64,000 nucleotides of DNA, taken from assembly GCF_009914755.1 (NCBI RefSeq), contig NC_060937.1; one strand, written 5' to 3'. This document shows, one piece after another, positions 44,290-60,647 of the stretch. The DNA comes from the human T2T-CHM13v2.0 reference genome, Homo sapiens. A model generated the notes under the pieces. It did not search any database and was not told the origin of the DNA. It saw only the letters and a list, made by a program, of their open reading frames with translations. A program made the position numbers and the translations under genes. Positions within the stretch are counted from its first letter, which is position 1. Each line of letters starts with the position of its first letter.

Positions 44290-45080
44290 ATGTAAATGCC
44301 ATGCTCATTTCTGCAGGGAGAGCACAGCCAGGCCACAGTGGCCATGGGACTTTCTGGGCAGCAGATCTATTGGAGTGTGCCTGGCAGCTGGTTCTGCAGG
44401 AGCTCACCTGCCCTAATAGAATGTTCAGGCCCTTCTGCCTCAGTGGGTCTTGGTGTCTGCGTGAGGAGCTTGCCCAGGGAGGAAACTGAGATTAAGAGCT
44501 GTGAAAAAAAGTCTTGTTTGTGGCCAGGGTGGAAAGTGGCAAGAGCCAGGTTTTGGACAACAGTTCCCTTCCTCCCAAGCAGCCCCGCCTGAATGGGGCC
44601 CTTTGTTAGGAAAATTCTCCAGGAAGAAGGATGTTTTGTTGAGCAGGTTTTTAAACATTGCATAGTAGGAAGTTGGAGAGGTTAAGCAAGTAGGGAGTAG
44701 CAGTAGAAGGCAGAGGAGGGAGCCTGGCAAGCCCAGGCGGAGTCCAGCTGTGACTGCCTGTGCACATCCTTTCCCATTTCCCTCCCTACTTGGGCCCTTT
44801 CCAGATGCAGTCACCTCCACAGAATGCCCCCCGCCCCTGCCCCAGGACACCCAGACGTTGCTCAGCATGCTTACTGCCCCCACGTCTGATCACAGTGGCC
44901 CGTCATGCAGACACCAAGACCAATGGGAAGGCGGAGGACCCCGAACATCTCTGTGGGCAGGTGAACTCCTGCGGAACCAGCTGCCATGCACACTGGGGCA
45001 GCTCTGCAGTCTGGAAAGCCCTGTGACTGCTCTGTGGCCTGGCTGAGTTCTCCCCACAGAAATGAGCAGGGCCCTTACAT
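44290..45080. repeat. Long imperfect inverted repeat: arms about 44290-44464 and 44903-45080, spacer about 440 bp
   Basis: tgctcatttctgcagggagagcacagccaggccacag matches the reverse complement of the right arm at 33 of 37 positions; ggtcttggtgtctgcgtga matches at 18 of 19. Confidence 0.9.
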
Positions 45081-47904
45081 AAACAAACATGAGCTGTACT
45101 TTGGTTATCATTACCCAACAGAATGTTTTGATCTCAGAAGCTACCTGCATCTGTGGAGCAGTGCGGTCTACTAGAGGGGCTCAGAAGGCCTGAATCCAGT
45201 TTTCAAGCTGCCTCTGCTTTGCTGTGTAACCTTGAGCATGTGACTCAAGGTCTTGATTTTCTTGGGTATCAAATGAAGCTCATCAATGAACGCTCACCAC
45301 TTTACCTAGTGAGGAGGGTGAGGCACTGAAGGTGTGTTAGAAGCTGTGTCTACAGAAGCTAGTGTGCATGTTTTAGCCACCTCTGTGGCTTGCAAATAGG
45401 TTCCTCATTTGCAGCATCTGAGAAGTTGCTCTTGCCTTTGTCCAGTGTGACAAGTCTCTCCAATAGATGTGTTTCAAGGCTTTCCAGCTATGCTTGAAGC
45501 TCTTTAGGGGATGCAATGTGGGGAGAGGATATGGATTTCTGCACCTTGGTCTACTCCAAAGAAGTTCAGATGGGACTTTATAAAAACACTTGGCAGATTT
45601 TGCTGGAGACCTCCATTTCCTTTTCTTCTATTCAGATTTTCCTCCAACTTTTTTAATGCCTTGTAGGATGTCGTACTCGTAATAGACACTCAGGACATAA
45701 TTGTTCAGTTGAGTTGAACTCCTAAGGAGATGCATAATATAAAAGTGAACCCATGTAATGTAGGTAAAATTTAAGCTGAAAGAAAACAATCCTTGCTCTG
45801 AAGTAAATTGCTAAAGGGTAGTGCTAACATTATGGTGGAATTTAATAACTTAATTGGTTAGAGTAAGAAATATTTTGTATTCCAGAAAAGTTAAAAACTT
45901 TCCAAGGCATGTGGACCTTCCTATTTCCACTTCTTCAGAAGTACTTTCGGAATCCTAATAAGATACGGGCAGAATTCCTGGCTGGCATTCAGTCTGCTTA
46001 GTGAACTAGAATGGGGCATTTAGTCAAGGCATGTGAGTGGAAAGAATCTTTCATCTCAGTATCATTGCCACAGGTTAGCAAAACAATACCTTTTCCTTTA
46101 GCGTAGATAAGTTCTTTTCTTAGGAATTATCAGCAATATCTCAATTAACAAAAACTTTATAGAGTGGAAGCCACTTTATATAGCTAGTATAAATCTGCCC
46201 CCCCCCCTTATTTTTGGTTTTGTTTTGTTTTTGTTTTTGTTTTTGTTTTTTGCTGCTCAAGTCATAAAGAATTATAAGAAAATAGTTTTTTTACTAGAAA
46301 CTAAAAAGAATTAGTTTCTAGAGCTGTTCTAAAATCAAATGATATTCAGTTCAATCTCCTATTTATGTCTGCATTGCTATATGTGACAAAGCTAAAAATG
46401 ATGAACTAAAAATGACGAACCCATTTCCTAGAAAAAAAGAATGTTTGCTCTGAGTGTTACCATAAACTCATACATATAAACAAGAATCAAGAAGGCAGTT
46501 TCCAGAGCCCTACTTCCCATGAGCACTCTCTGAGGGTGTTTGGATCAATAAGATGCCTGTTGTTATATAGGTGTCAAAAATCAAGAAGTAAAACTTGTAT
46601 ATTTTTCTTGTTCATCTTTAGATGTCACTGCCTGGGGAAATGTGTGGAGAAGGGGCATATTGGATGTACTTTTCCTTTAAAATTGATATTACTGTGGCAA
46701 CTATATATCATTGACATTACAGTATTGTGCCCTATAGTATTAGATATGTGTTAACAAGACACGTTTAGAGAACATAAATCCTGAGTTACAAACCACCAAA
46801 TTAAGAAGAAAATCTCCACTTTTGGGACATTTTAACCTATCTGTAAGTTAGAGACAGTTCCTTTTATATTAAGGAAAATAAGTTGACGAATGTATTATAG
46901 AAGGATTTTAAACAATAAGAACTTAAAGGACTCTAATTATGATACTACTTTAACCCAAAATCCCTATTCTTACCAGGATTTTTCTGAATATCCAGTTTTG
47001 TGTCAATTGATGAGCTTAATGGTTACAACAGTTGAGAACTTTGAAGTCCTCCACTCAAATCATGTATTAAGCTTCATTTTTACGACAGCTATTGCCAAAA
47101 CCCCATATTGTGTAGGGCTGGGTTATTTGAGCAAAAATTTAAGCTAAGGAGACTCTTCTCCCTCTGAAGTGAACGCCTTCCTCACCAATGTAAATGACAG
47201 CTTCCCACAGCTTCACCATTTGGTCCAGATGGATAATGCTTTCATTTCCAAGTCACTTCCCCTTCTCTGTGGCTGCTATTTCAACTTGCGTGGGATGCAA
47301 GTTCCTCTCCAGTTATGCATTTTCAGTGTTTGCACAGCTGTGCTTGTGCTCATATGGCCTTTTGTGACTCTGTCCAGTGATAGAGGCTGTTTCAGATTAG
47401 ATTTAATCTCTATCAGGTCAGGGTTGTAATTTTTTTTAGCTTGCTGTATAATGAACATTTAGTGTGTGCCGTTTGCTTATTATAGTGTTCTATAGAGTTA
47501 GAAGTGATGAAATATATTTTGTGAATATTAAACATGTTTACAAATAAATGTCCTTTAAAATGTATGATTGGATTATGAGCCTTATTCATCTAAGCCCAAA
47601 ACATATGGTGTGTGTGCCTTCCCAGATGGCAATAAGAGACTTTTATATGTGTGGCCTAGAATCACTGAGACTGGAAATACCAAGACTCATGCTCCAAGAT
47701 GATAGTTCCTGCTATCCTGTTTTTATGATTCAGTAATATTAACCCAAGTGTTTCTCTCTGGGGCTGTAGTCTCAGGTGTCATACGATCTTATTGGGAGTG
47801 AGGGGTGTGTAGCCAGGGAGAAGGAGAAAGGCACCAGATGACAAATTGGCTTGTGTTTAGGTGCCATCTTGTACAAATATAGACACAGACCTTCAATCTC
47901 TAGA

Positions 47905-48375
47905 GTTGCAGTGTCCATTATGATAGCCATTAGCCACATGTGGCTACTGAGCATTTGAAGTGTGGCTAGTCTGAATTCAGATGAGCTGTGTCTTTAAAAC
48001 CACACCGGATTTTAAAATTTTAATACAAAATAGAGAACGCAAAATATGTCATAAATAATTTTTATATTGAATACATATTGAAATGCAATATTTAAGATAT
48101 ATTGGCTAAGTAAAATAGACTAAAGTTAATTTTACCTGTTTCTTCTTCTTCTTCTTCTTCTTTTTTTCTTGAGACAGAGTCTCGCTCTGTCGTCCAGGCT
48201 GGAGCGCAGTGGTGCGATCACAGCTCACTGCAGCTTCATAGGCTCAAGGGATCCTCTCAATTCAGCCTCCCAAAGTGCTGGGATTACAGGCATGAGCCAC
48301 CGCACCTTGCCTCTCTTTTACGTTTTAAATGTGGTTCCTAGACAACCTGAAATGACATGTGAAGCACACATTATA
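47905..48375. mobile_element. hAT-Charlie MER33-like element with an internally deleted antisense Alu inserted at about 48140-48312
   Basis: tagccattagccacatgtggctactgagcatttgaagtgtggctagt motif; element resumes after the Alu (aaatgtggttcctagacaacctgaaatgacatgtg). Confidence 0.7.
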
Positions 48376-49508
48376 CCTCTACCTGGAGTAATCTTCAGTC
48401 GAGGGGAGGCTCCTGTGGTGAGCAGCACCTGCCGGGGAAGCAGAGTGAGGGCCCCTCAGCTCACTCAGGGCATCTGCTTGGGAAAGAGAAAATGTAACTG
48501 CCCCTCTGTGTAGATTCATGCCCCTTTTAAATCCATTTCTCTCATTATTTTGGGGTTAGTTAAGTAGGATATGCTGTTTAACTGCACTAGATATAGATCT
48601 CTGATTTAAATGAGTTTGTTTATCCTGGTACCCTCAGGATAGTTTTAAAATGGTAATTACTATCATCATCATTACAGTGGCTAATGATTCTACAGCACAG
48701 CCAGTCCCACACACTTTACATAACACATGAGCCAGTCACTATTATTACCTCCATTTGAACAGATGGCAACTTGAAATTCCAGTCAGTGTCTCAAGGTCAC
48801 ACAGGTAGAGGTTGACCCAGGCCATGGGGTTCAGAATCTGCCCTGAACCACAAAGCAGTACTGCCCTCTAAAATAAGATCTATTTCTTGACTTTCTTAGC
48901 ACATGACTATGCCGGCCTTTCCATAGTGTAATAACAGTATTAGTCTTTTCTCCAAAACTTAGATGTTTTCCAGTAGTTTAACAGCTAAGGCATTCAGAGA
49001 TGTTTACTGTCTCAAAAACTGGGGTCTACTGTAAGGTTCTGGATGATCCAACTCCTTGTTTTCCCCTAAAGTTGCCCCAAAAAGCATACATGCATTCAGT
49101 CTGCTTAAAAATATGGTGTAATTCCAATTAAGTACAAAACATTAGTTCCCTGCCACATGCCAAGTACTGGGCAACCAGAGGTAAAGATGACAGACCCCCA
49201 GCTCACAAAGAATTCTGCTCTGGTGGAGCTGAAGGCAGATTCTAGTAACACAATGTGTTGAGGATTGTGTGTCCGTAGCGCTCTGGGAACAGAGGAGAGG
49301 GACACCCTGCACATTGTGGGGTGCCGGGTAAAGGTGTCCCATTAAAGACATCTTCTGGGTGGAGGGGGTGCTTGAGCCATCTTTAAATATCTCATGCCAG
49401 TTTTCTCACAGCATGGGAAGGCCACTGGTAAGGGTGCCTGCCAGCTTCGCCATAAACACTGCATCTGCAGTTGTTCAGAGCATGCTGACCCCATTCCTGT
49501 GGTTTCAG

Positions 49509-49673
49509 GTGCCAGCAAGGTCAACCTCGTGAAGATCGCGTCCACGGCCTCCAGCCCACGGGACACGGCGCTGGCTGCCGTTATCTGCAGCGCTCTGGCC
49601 ACCGTCCTGCTGGCCCTGCTCATCCTCTGTGTCATCTATTGTAAGAGACAGTTTATGGAGAAGAAACCCAGCT
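49509..49673 (+). CDS. TNFRSF19: TNFRSF19 transmembrane exon (ASKVNLVKIASTASSPRDTALAAVICSALATVLLALLILCVIYCKRQFMEKKPS)
   Basis: tttcag|GTGCC acceptor and AGCT|gtaagt donor; 165 nt, phase 1 to 1. Hydrophobic helix followed by KR stop-transfer residues; overlaps ORF 49394..49684. Confidence 0.97.
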
Positions 49674-49809
49674 GTAAGTTTTGAGCTCATTACATTTCTT
49701 AGCATTTAGGGGAAGGGCATTTATTACTATTGTCGTGCAAGTGTTCCACAAGAGACTTGGCTGAGACAAGCACCAGTGAGTTGTGAAAGAACGCAGGGCA
49801 CAAGAAACA

Positions 49810-50538
<729 letters not shown>

Positions 50539-50823
50539 TAGAATTCACTGAGGTTGCACAGCTTTGTAAGGAGACTTACAAGGCTGTGATGTCCCTGCGC
50601 CACTAGGCAAAAATAAAAATCATTCTCAGTAATGGCAACATTAGTACCCTACATTTTGAACTTTCTTAACAAATTATTTCATGTTTGTTCTTCCTTGTAA
50701 GAAGAAGTCATCAAACATTGGAAGGATAGCTGCTTTGTTCTTTAAAAATACAAAAGCTAGAATGGCACAGGTCCACTAGAGAGGAGACTGTGTTCCCTGA
50801 CAGAGTTCTCACCCCTCATTTAG

Positions 50824-50949
50824 GGTCTCTGCGGTCGCAGGACATTCAGTACAACGGCTCTGAGCTGTCGTGTTTTGACAGACCTCAGCTCCACGAATAT
50901 GCCCACAGAGCCTGCTGCCAGTGCCGCCGTGACTCAGTGCAGACCTGCG
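50824..50949 (+). CDS. TNFRSF19: TNFRSF19 cytoplasmic exon (WSLRSQDIQYNGSELSCFDRPQLHEYAHRACCQCRRDSVQTC)
   Basis: catttag|GGTC acceptor and TGCG|gtaagt donor; 126 nt, phase 1 to 1; inside ORF 50790..51002. Confidence 0.96.
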
Positions 50950-51504
50950 GTAAGTTCAGCAGGGAAGTGCCGTTAGGAGGACTGGAGGTACACAGAAGCT
51001 GAAGCAGCAAGAATTGGTCCTGGTTTATTCACCTCACAGCGAGGTGGCTGTGTTGAGTCTTCTGGTTAAAACTAATCTTGTTAAATTATTCTCCACCATC
51101 TCCTGTTGGTTTGGGTGTTTCGAGTCTCTTAAGCATTAAAAAGGAAATAAGCATCTCGTTAAAATTCTAGAATTTTTCAGCAACTTTTGGGTCATGTTTG
51201 TCTTTCTTGTTTTGAGTCAGTTTATTTAAAATCACGGTAACCTTTGGTAGAGTAGGACTTTATATCCTTTGCTGTCTGGTTGATTCAAACCAAACACTAA
51301 TATGCCTATTTTAAAAATATGTCTATTATAAAAATATATCTATTTTTAGAATTTCTTAAAGAAGAGAGAGCTGAGAAGTCCATTTCAAGGTTTTACACAA
51401 ACCATAATTGCCCCTTGGACTATTGACAGATTGAAAGTTTAGGAAAGTAATTCAAAGGGAAACTGGTCTCTAACTTGGGCAAATAGGGGCAAAGGTAATA
51501 CCAA

Positions 51505-54830
<3,326 letters not shown>

Positions 54831-55168
54831 CCAACTTTCTTTGCTATGTATTTATATTCTTCAGCACGTGTTTTTACACTTACACATCCCACTCCCCCAC
54901 CACCCTACCACCTTACCTCCTCTGCAAATTAAAACCCTCTATAGCCAACCACCCTCTCTACAAGTCTGTCCCAGTTCCCCCGTCCTCTTACTACTTTACA
55001 GTTCTGTTATCACCCATGGAAGCAAAACTAATAGCACCATTTTGTCTAATAACCCATCTGTATTTGTTTTCACCATATTCTATTAGATTGACTTGTCCTC
55101 TTGGAACTGTCTAATCAGTCTTCTCAAGAAATTATCAGTTAAGTGTTCCAGTCTCATGTTGTATATAC

Positions 55169-55449
55169 AGCCATGCATTGCTTCTATGCAAACCTTGTAG
55201 AGTGCACACAAAGCTAGATGGGATAGCCTACTACAGAGCTAGGCTATGTGGTGTAGCCCATTGCCCTAGGCTACAAACCTGTACGGCATGTGACTGCACT
55301 GAATACTGTAGACAGTTGCAACAAATAAGTACTTGTGGATCTAAACATAGAAAAGGTACAGTAAAAATACGGTATTATAAACTTCCAGGACCACTATGGT
55401 ATAGTTGGGCCATCATTGAACAAAATATTGCTATGCAGCATATGGCTAT
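55169..55449. mobile_element. Tigger3/MER7-like DNA transposon fossil
   Basis: cagccatgcattgc start, ctaggctacaaacctgtacggcatgtgactg core and ...gcatatggcta end. Confidence 0.72.
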
Positions 55450-55929
55450 ATGGAATAAGAAGATTTCATTTTAATTCTTTTTCTGCTAATTATTACTATC
55501 TCCTATTTTGGGAATGGGTGAAGAATAAAATACAACACTTTCTGTGGTGTGTGGATCTAGTTTTGCCTTTGCCTATATAGACAAGACTCTTAGACACTAT
55601 TAATGGTAACTGTGTGATCCTTAAACACCCCCAAGCATTACATTTTCCTAGATACAATACCGTGGACACTGTTACTAGAGTCAGAGTAAGTAGGAATACT
55701 TTCTGGAGAGATGAACTCTAATTTTAAATTTTAAATGTAATAAAAGGCAGTTTGTATAAACTCTGCCTCACCTTACTTCAGTCTGAAATGAAAGATTAAA
55801 TATACAGATGGCCTTGTTGTGTGACCTCCTAACAGAACACTGGGGCCAGAAATGATCCCCATGCCAATGCACTGGTTCAGTGCAGCTTATTTCAAATGTT
55901 TCCTCCTTAATGGCAGATACTTTTTTCCC

Positions 55930-57130
55930 TTTAACTTTTTATTTTGACATAATTTCAGAAATCAGTCATAATTACAGAAATATCGAAAGTGTAGAACAAA
56001 GAATTCCCACATGTCCTTTACCGAGATTCCCCAAATATTAACATGTTACCCATGTTCACATTTGCTTTATCCCCTCTCTCTCGTGTGTGTGTATACTTGT
56101 TTTTCATTTTCTGTTTTAAATTCAGTTGCAAATATGATGTCCCTCTCCCCCTTAGTACATCAATGTTTGCTTCCTAAGAACAAGAACATTTTCTCTCACA
56201 TAACAACAGCATAATTATTAAAACAGGAAATTCGTGTTAATTCAGTGCCATTATATAATCTACAGAGCGTATTCGTGTTTTCTTAATTGCCCCAGTATTG
56301 TCTTTTGTAGCAAAAAGTATTCTGAAAACTTCTGTTGCATTGAGTTGTCAAATATGTTTGGTCTCTTTTAATCTGGAATTGTCTCCTAATGTTTGTGTCT
56401 CATGATACTGATTTTTTTTGAAAAGTACAGGCCAGCACTTTTCAAAATTCTACAGTTTTGTAGAATGACACTTAATTTGGGTTTGTCTGATGCTTCCTCA
56501 GGATTAGATTCAGAAATACTGCTGAGGGGATGCTGAGTCCTCAGCGCACTGTATCAGGAGGCAGAGTTGTCCATCTGGCCTATGCCTGGTCAGGGTAACC
56601 TTGGTCACTTCGTTAAGGGGGTGTCTGCCAGGTTTCTCCAGTATAAAATGTCTGCTGTTCTCTTTGTAATGAATAAATATCCTATAGGGGATACTTGGAG
56701 GCTGTGTAAATATCCTGTCACACCCCAAACTTTCACCCTGTAGCTTAGCGTGCTCTGATGATTTGTACTGGAATCAGTCATTACTATGATGGTTAACAAA
56801 TGCTGGCTTTCTAATTCCGTTATTCTTTCCACATTTATTAGTTGGCTTCCTATGGTAAGGAGGAACTTTCGTTCTCCATTTATGTATTTATATACCTTAG
56901 TTAGTTTAGACTCGTGGACTGTATTCAGTGGGTTGCAGCCCTTTGGTGTCACTATTTATTCTGATGCTCATGTTGCCTTTCATTTGGAACTCCCTTCAGG
57001 CTGGCTCATGTGCCATTTTGACATGTCCGCATTATTCTTTTAGCACTTTCTTACTTTCTGCCACCAAAAGAAGTCCCAGGTTTATCGTGTACTTTCCCTA
57101 GAATCAGCCTTTCTATAAGGAATGGCAGTG
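55930..57130 (-). mobile_element. Old L1M (L1MC/MD-like) 3' UTR fragment
   Basis: aacttttattttgacataatttcaga...tagaacaaagaattccc...tttgtctgatgcttcctcaggattagattcag motifs. Confidence 0.65.
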
Positions 57131-57437
57131 CCTTTTGCTTTAAAACAATTTTGAAATGTCTCATGGTGAGCGTGACACACGTTTGTTAAGCGGCAGTAAA
57201 CCCTGGCGAGTTCAGCGGGGTCAGAGCACTGTATGTTTAGATGGTCTGGACGGAGGCCTTGCTTTGAGGGAGACTTAGATGCAGGCAGGCCAGTCATCCT
57301 GTTTCTCACGGGCTTGCAATTGCATCTCAATATTTGGCATTCATTTTTATAAAGAGAGACTGTAGTTTCATAATTTTTTTCCTGTTTATAAAAGTAAAGA
57401 GATATTCCTCATGGAAAATTTGGATACACACAAACAT

Positions 57438-57610
57438 ATAGCTATATATGTAGATGTATAATTTCTCCAATAGCTATATATGTAAATGTATAATTTCTCC
57501 AAGTCTTCCTTTGTGTATGTGTGTGTCTGTGTGTGTGTGTGTGTGTGCTTTAGTGTGTTTGTGGTTCTATAAATCAGAGTGATATATATATATATATATA
57601 TATATGTATA
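57438..57610. repeat. 32-bp tandem duplication followed by (TG)n and (TA)n microsatellites
   Basis: atagctatatatgta(g/a)atgtataatttctcca twice at 57438-57501; TG run about 57511-57547; TA run about 57582-57605. Confidence 0.9.
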
Positions 57611-58004
57611 GACAGAGTGAGAAATCAAGAAGGCTGTTCAAAAAGCTGAGTGTTTATTTTCAGCTTATAGGATTGAGAAGATTTATTTTTAAATTTCTTA
57701 TCTAATCTCTATATTTTAGATTTTTAAGCTTATATTATCTTTGTAGCACAAAATACATCCAGCTTCAGTGATATATTCAGCTTGTAAAGCTGTGTGCACA
57801 TATCTACTTATTCCTTAAGTGACATTCCTAGCAATAAAAAGAAATGGTGTGTCTGTGTATATGGAGTTAGAGGGTTCGAACATTCATGCTCTCGTCTGTG
57901 TTAGGAGGCCACTCAGCGGGAAAGTTGTCCTGCTCCTCCTGTCCTCAGTGGGGCCAAGAAGTCTCACTTCGTGGTCTCCCACAGACTGCTTTATTCCTTT
58001 TCCC

Positions 58005-58280
58005 CGCTTATTATTGTAGTGAAATACACATAAGATAAAATTCACCATCTTAACCATTTTCAAGTGTGCAGTTCAGTGGCGTTAAGTACATTCTCACTGT
58101 GGTGCAGCCATCACCACCATTCACCTTCCAGAACATTTTTCATCCTCCCAAACTGAAACTCTGTCTCCATTAAACAGCAGCTCCTGGTCTCCCCATTGCT
58201 CCAGCCCCCTAGCATCCCCCCTTCTTCATCTGTCTGTATGAGTCTGTCTACTCTCGGTACCTTATATAAGTGGCTCATCA
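58005..58280 (-). mobile_element. L1M 3' end fragment
   Basis: taaaattcaccatcttaaccattttcaagtgtgcagttcagtggcgttaagtacatt, similar to 13440-13500. Confidence 0.8.
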
Positions 58281-58440
58281 TTTGTTTAAGATAAGAAAAA
58301 AAGAGAACCTTGTATTCCTTTTCCCCCAAAAGTCACCCAAAGGGGAACATCTAAATTTCCGAGAGCAGTGTTGAAGTGTTATTAAAGTGAAAGCTGCCAG
58401 AAGGAGGCACTGTGCTTCACACCTGTGCTGTCTTCCCTAG

Positions 58441-58543
58441 GGCCGGTGCGCTTGCTCCCATCCATGTGCTGTGAGGAGGCCTGCAGCCCCAACCCGGCGA
58501 CTCTTGGTTGTGGGGTGCATTCTGCAGCCAGTCTTCAGGCAAG
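58441..58543 (+). CDS. TNFRSF19: TNFRSF19 cytoplasmic exon (GPVRLLPSMCCEEACSPNPATLGCGVHSAASLQAR)
   Basis: tcttccctag|GGCC acceptor and GCAAG|gtaact donor; 103 nt, phase 1 to 2; frame consistent with both neighbours. Confidence 0.96.
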
Positions 58544-59152
58544 GTAACTAGGTGCTTTCAATCAATCATTTCATAACCCCCTGTGCAAATATGCATTCTA
58601 CTAATTTACCGATTTTCATCTGAAATGATGGAAACATCACCTCTTAAATATTAATGACATTCTGGATATTGGTGGGGTGCAGTTCTCAGGGAAGAATTAG
58701 GTAGCTCTCTCAAGGTCACTCATATCCAGTGCAACATTCTTTACACTTTACTCTTCATTAATTTTATTTTTGTCTTATGTCTGTGATTTTTGACACCTCT
58801 GTCATCTGTAAGTAATTAACATGTAAGTAATTTTTACCCATGGAATAATATTTTAGAATTTTAGAACAGCACTCAAGAAACTCAGATGAGACCCAGGAAA
58901 CTGCATGTTTTAGACATTGGATTAAGTATAACTATATTAATTAGAAGGAGGTGTCAAAACTCAGTTTTCAGATAAATGGAGTAATTTGACTTATTGTATT
59001 GAGATGAGTTTATAACAATAGGAAACACTAGAATTCTGATGCAGTAAATTGCTATTTCATTTAGAAGACCTAAAATTACGGCTGACATGCTTCTTTGTAG
59101 TAGTGTTTTTCTCCCCATCAAAGACTTTAAGTTCTTTTGAACGTGTGTGCAG

Positions 59153-59585
59153 AAACGCAGGCCCAGCCGGGGAGATGGTGCCGACTTTCTTCGGATCCCT
59201 CACGCAGTCCATCTGTGGCGAGTTTTCAGATGCCTGGCCTCTGATGCAGAATCCCATGGGTGGTGACAACATCTCTTTTTGTGACTCTTATCCTGAACTC
59301 ACTGGAGAAGACATTCATTCTCTCAATCCAGAACTTGAAAGCTCAACGTCTTTGGATTCAAATAGCAGTCAAGATTTGGTTGGTGGGGCTGTTCCAGTCC
59401 AGTCTCATTCTGAAAACTTTACAGCAGCTACTGATTTATCTAGATATAACAACACACTGGTAGAATCAGCATCAACTCAGGATGCACTAACTATGAGAAG
59501 CCAGCTAGATCAGGAGAGTGGCGCTGTCATCCACCCAGCCACTCAGACGTCCCTCCAGGTAAGGCAGCGACTGGGTTCCCTGTGA
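59153..59585 (+). CDS. TNFRSF19: TNFRSF19 cytoplasmic exon (NAGPAGEMVPTFFG...HPATQTSLQ). Ends either at the donor at 59558 or reads through to VRQRLGSL* (stop ends 59585).
   Basis: gtgtgcag|AAAC acceptor; matches the C-terminal part of ORF 59049..59585; internal donor CTCCAG|gtaagg at 59558/59559. Confidence 0.96.
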
Positions 59586-59704
59586 ACACAGCACTGACTT
59601 ACAGTAGATCAGAACTCTGTTCCCAGCATAAGATTTGGGGGAACCTGATGAGTTTTTTTTTTGCATCTTTAATAATTTCTTGTATGTTGTAGAGTATGTT
59701 TTAA

Positions 59705-59710
59705 AATAAA
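59705..59710 (+). promoter_or_regulatory. Candidate polyadenylation signal for the read-through (VRQRLGSL) isoform
   Basis: AATAAA about 120 nt after the TGA at 59583-59585, with U-rich flanks. Confidence 0.6.
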
Positions 59711-60647
59711 TTTCAAGTATTTTTTTAAAAAACTAACACAGCTAATATGTAAGAGCAAAGTGGACAGCTGCATTCTTTTATTCCTCTTTGTAAGTACAAC
59801 CACTTAGCACAGCACCTGCTGCCTCCTTCCCTGGTTGAGAGAGGTGAGTCGGGTATGGGAGCATCTTGCAGACAATTCCTGACCTTCATTTCTTCCTGTT
59901 ATATATACTTATTATTATATATATATTACTTATGCCCAATACTTAAATCTACTTCATTCACTGCCAAGTTTATGTGAATTTTGGTCTCCTAAAGCTGCTC
60001 TTTTCCCTCCTCTCTCCTTGGCTGTTGTTTTCTGGATCACTCCGCTTTACCGGATTGATTGATTTGGCTGGAAATTGATTGTTGGTTGTGACCTGAGACC
60101 AGGTCATAAGACCCTCTCAGGTGGAATGGTTTAAGATCAGGTTTGGGTGGAGCGAGGGTGGCACCTGCAGAGAGATGGGGGCTTTCTGCGTGCTGCAAAG
60201 CTGGAGGCAGCAAAGGATTCAGGGATAACTGGGCACGTCTCTGCTTTCTTCAGGTGAGGATGTGGCCTTTGCTGAATTTGACCTAATGTTTGTAAACATT
60301 TCCTTAAATGGGAGCGCATGTATTGTTAGTGTTAAGTTCTAGGAGAAAAGTGTCAAGCCTTGAGTGTAAAAGGGCAGAGTCACAGCAACAGTCCAGCTCC
60401 CAGGCCCACAAGACTCTGCCCCACAAAGAGGTTGCTGCTCTCACTGCCTGTCCCTCCCTGCCCCAGATCAGGGTTGTGGGTGCTGAGGAGGCAGCTGAGC
60501 CTGCTCCAGAGGGGCCTCACTTCCATGTCATTCTGTATCCTGGCCTGATTATATCAGAGACTTAGTGCAGAGTCAAAGTGTGAACGCTGATATGTTCCTT
60601 TTAAGATCAGTTCATAAGTTACATACTGATCTAAGTCTGCAGTACTT

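Noticed and set aside
44177-45174. Dense cluster of overlapping ORFs with similar peptides on opposite strands
   Set aside because: A by-product of the GC-rich inverted repeat; frames are not preserved between the arms.
59049-59152. N-terminal part of the 178-aa ORF as coding sequence
   Set aside because: Intronic sequence upstream of the acceptor at 59152 with a TTG start; only 59153 onward matches TNFRSF19.
59571-59585. C-terminal LGSL as a class I PDZ-binding motif
   Set aside because: The -2 residue is Gly, not Ser or Thr, so the consensus is not met.
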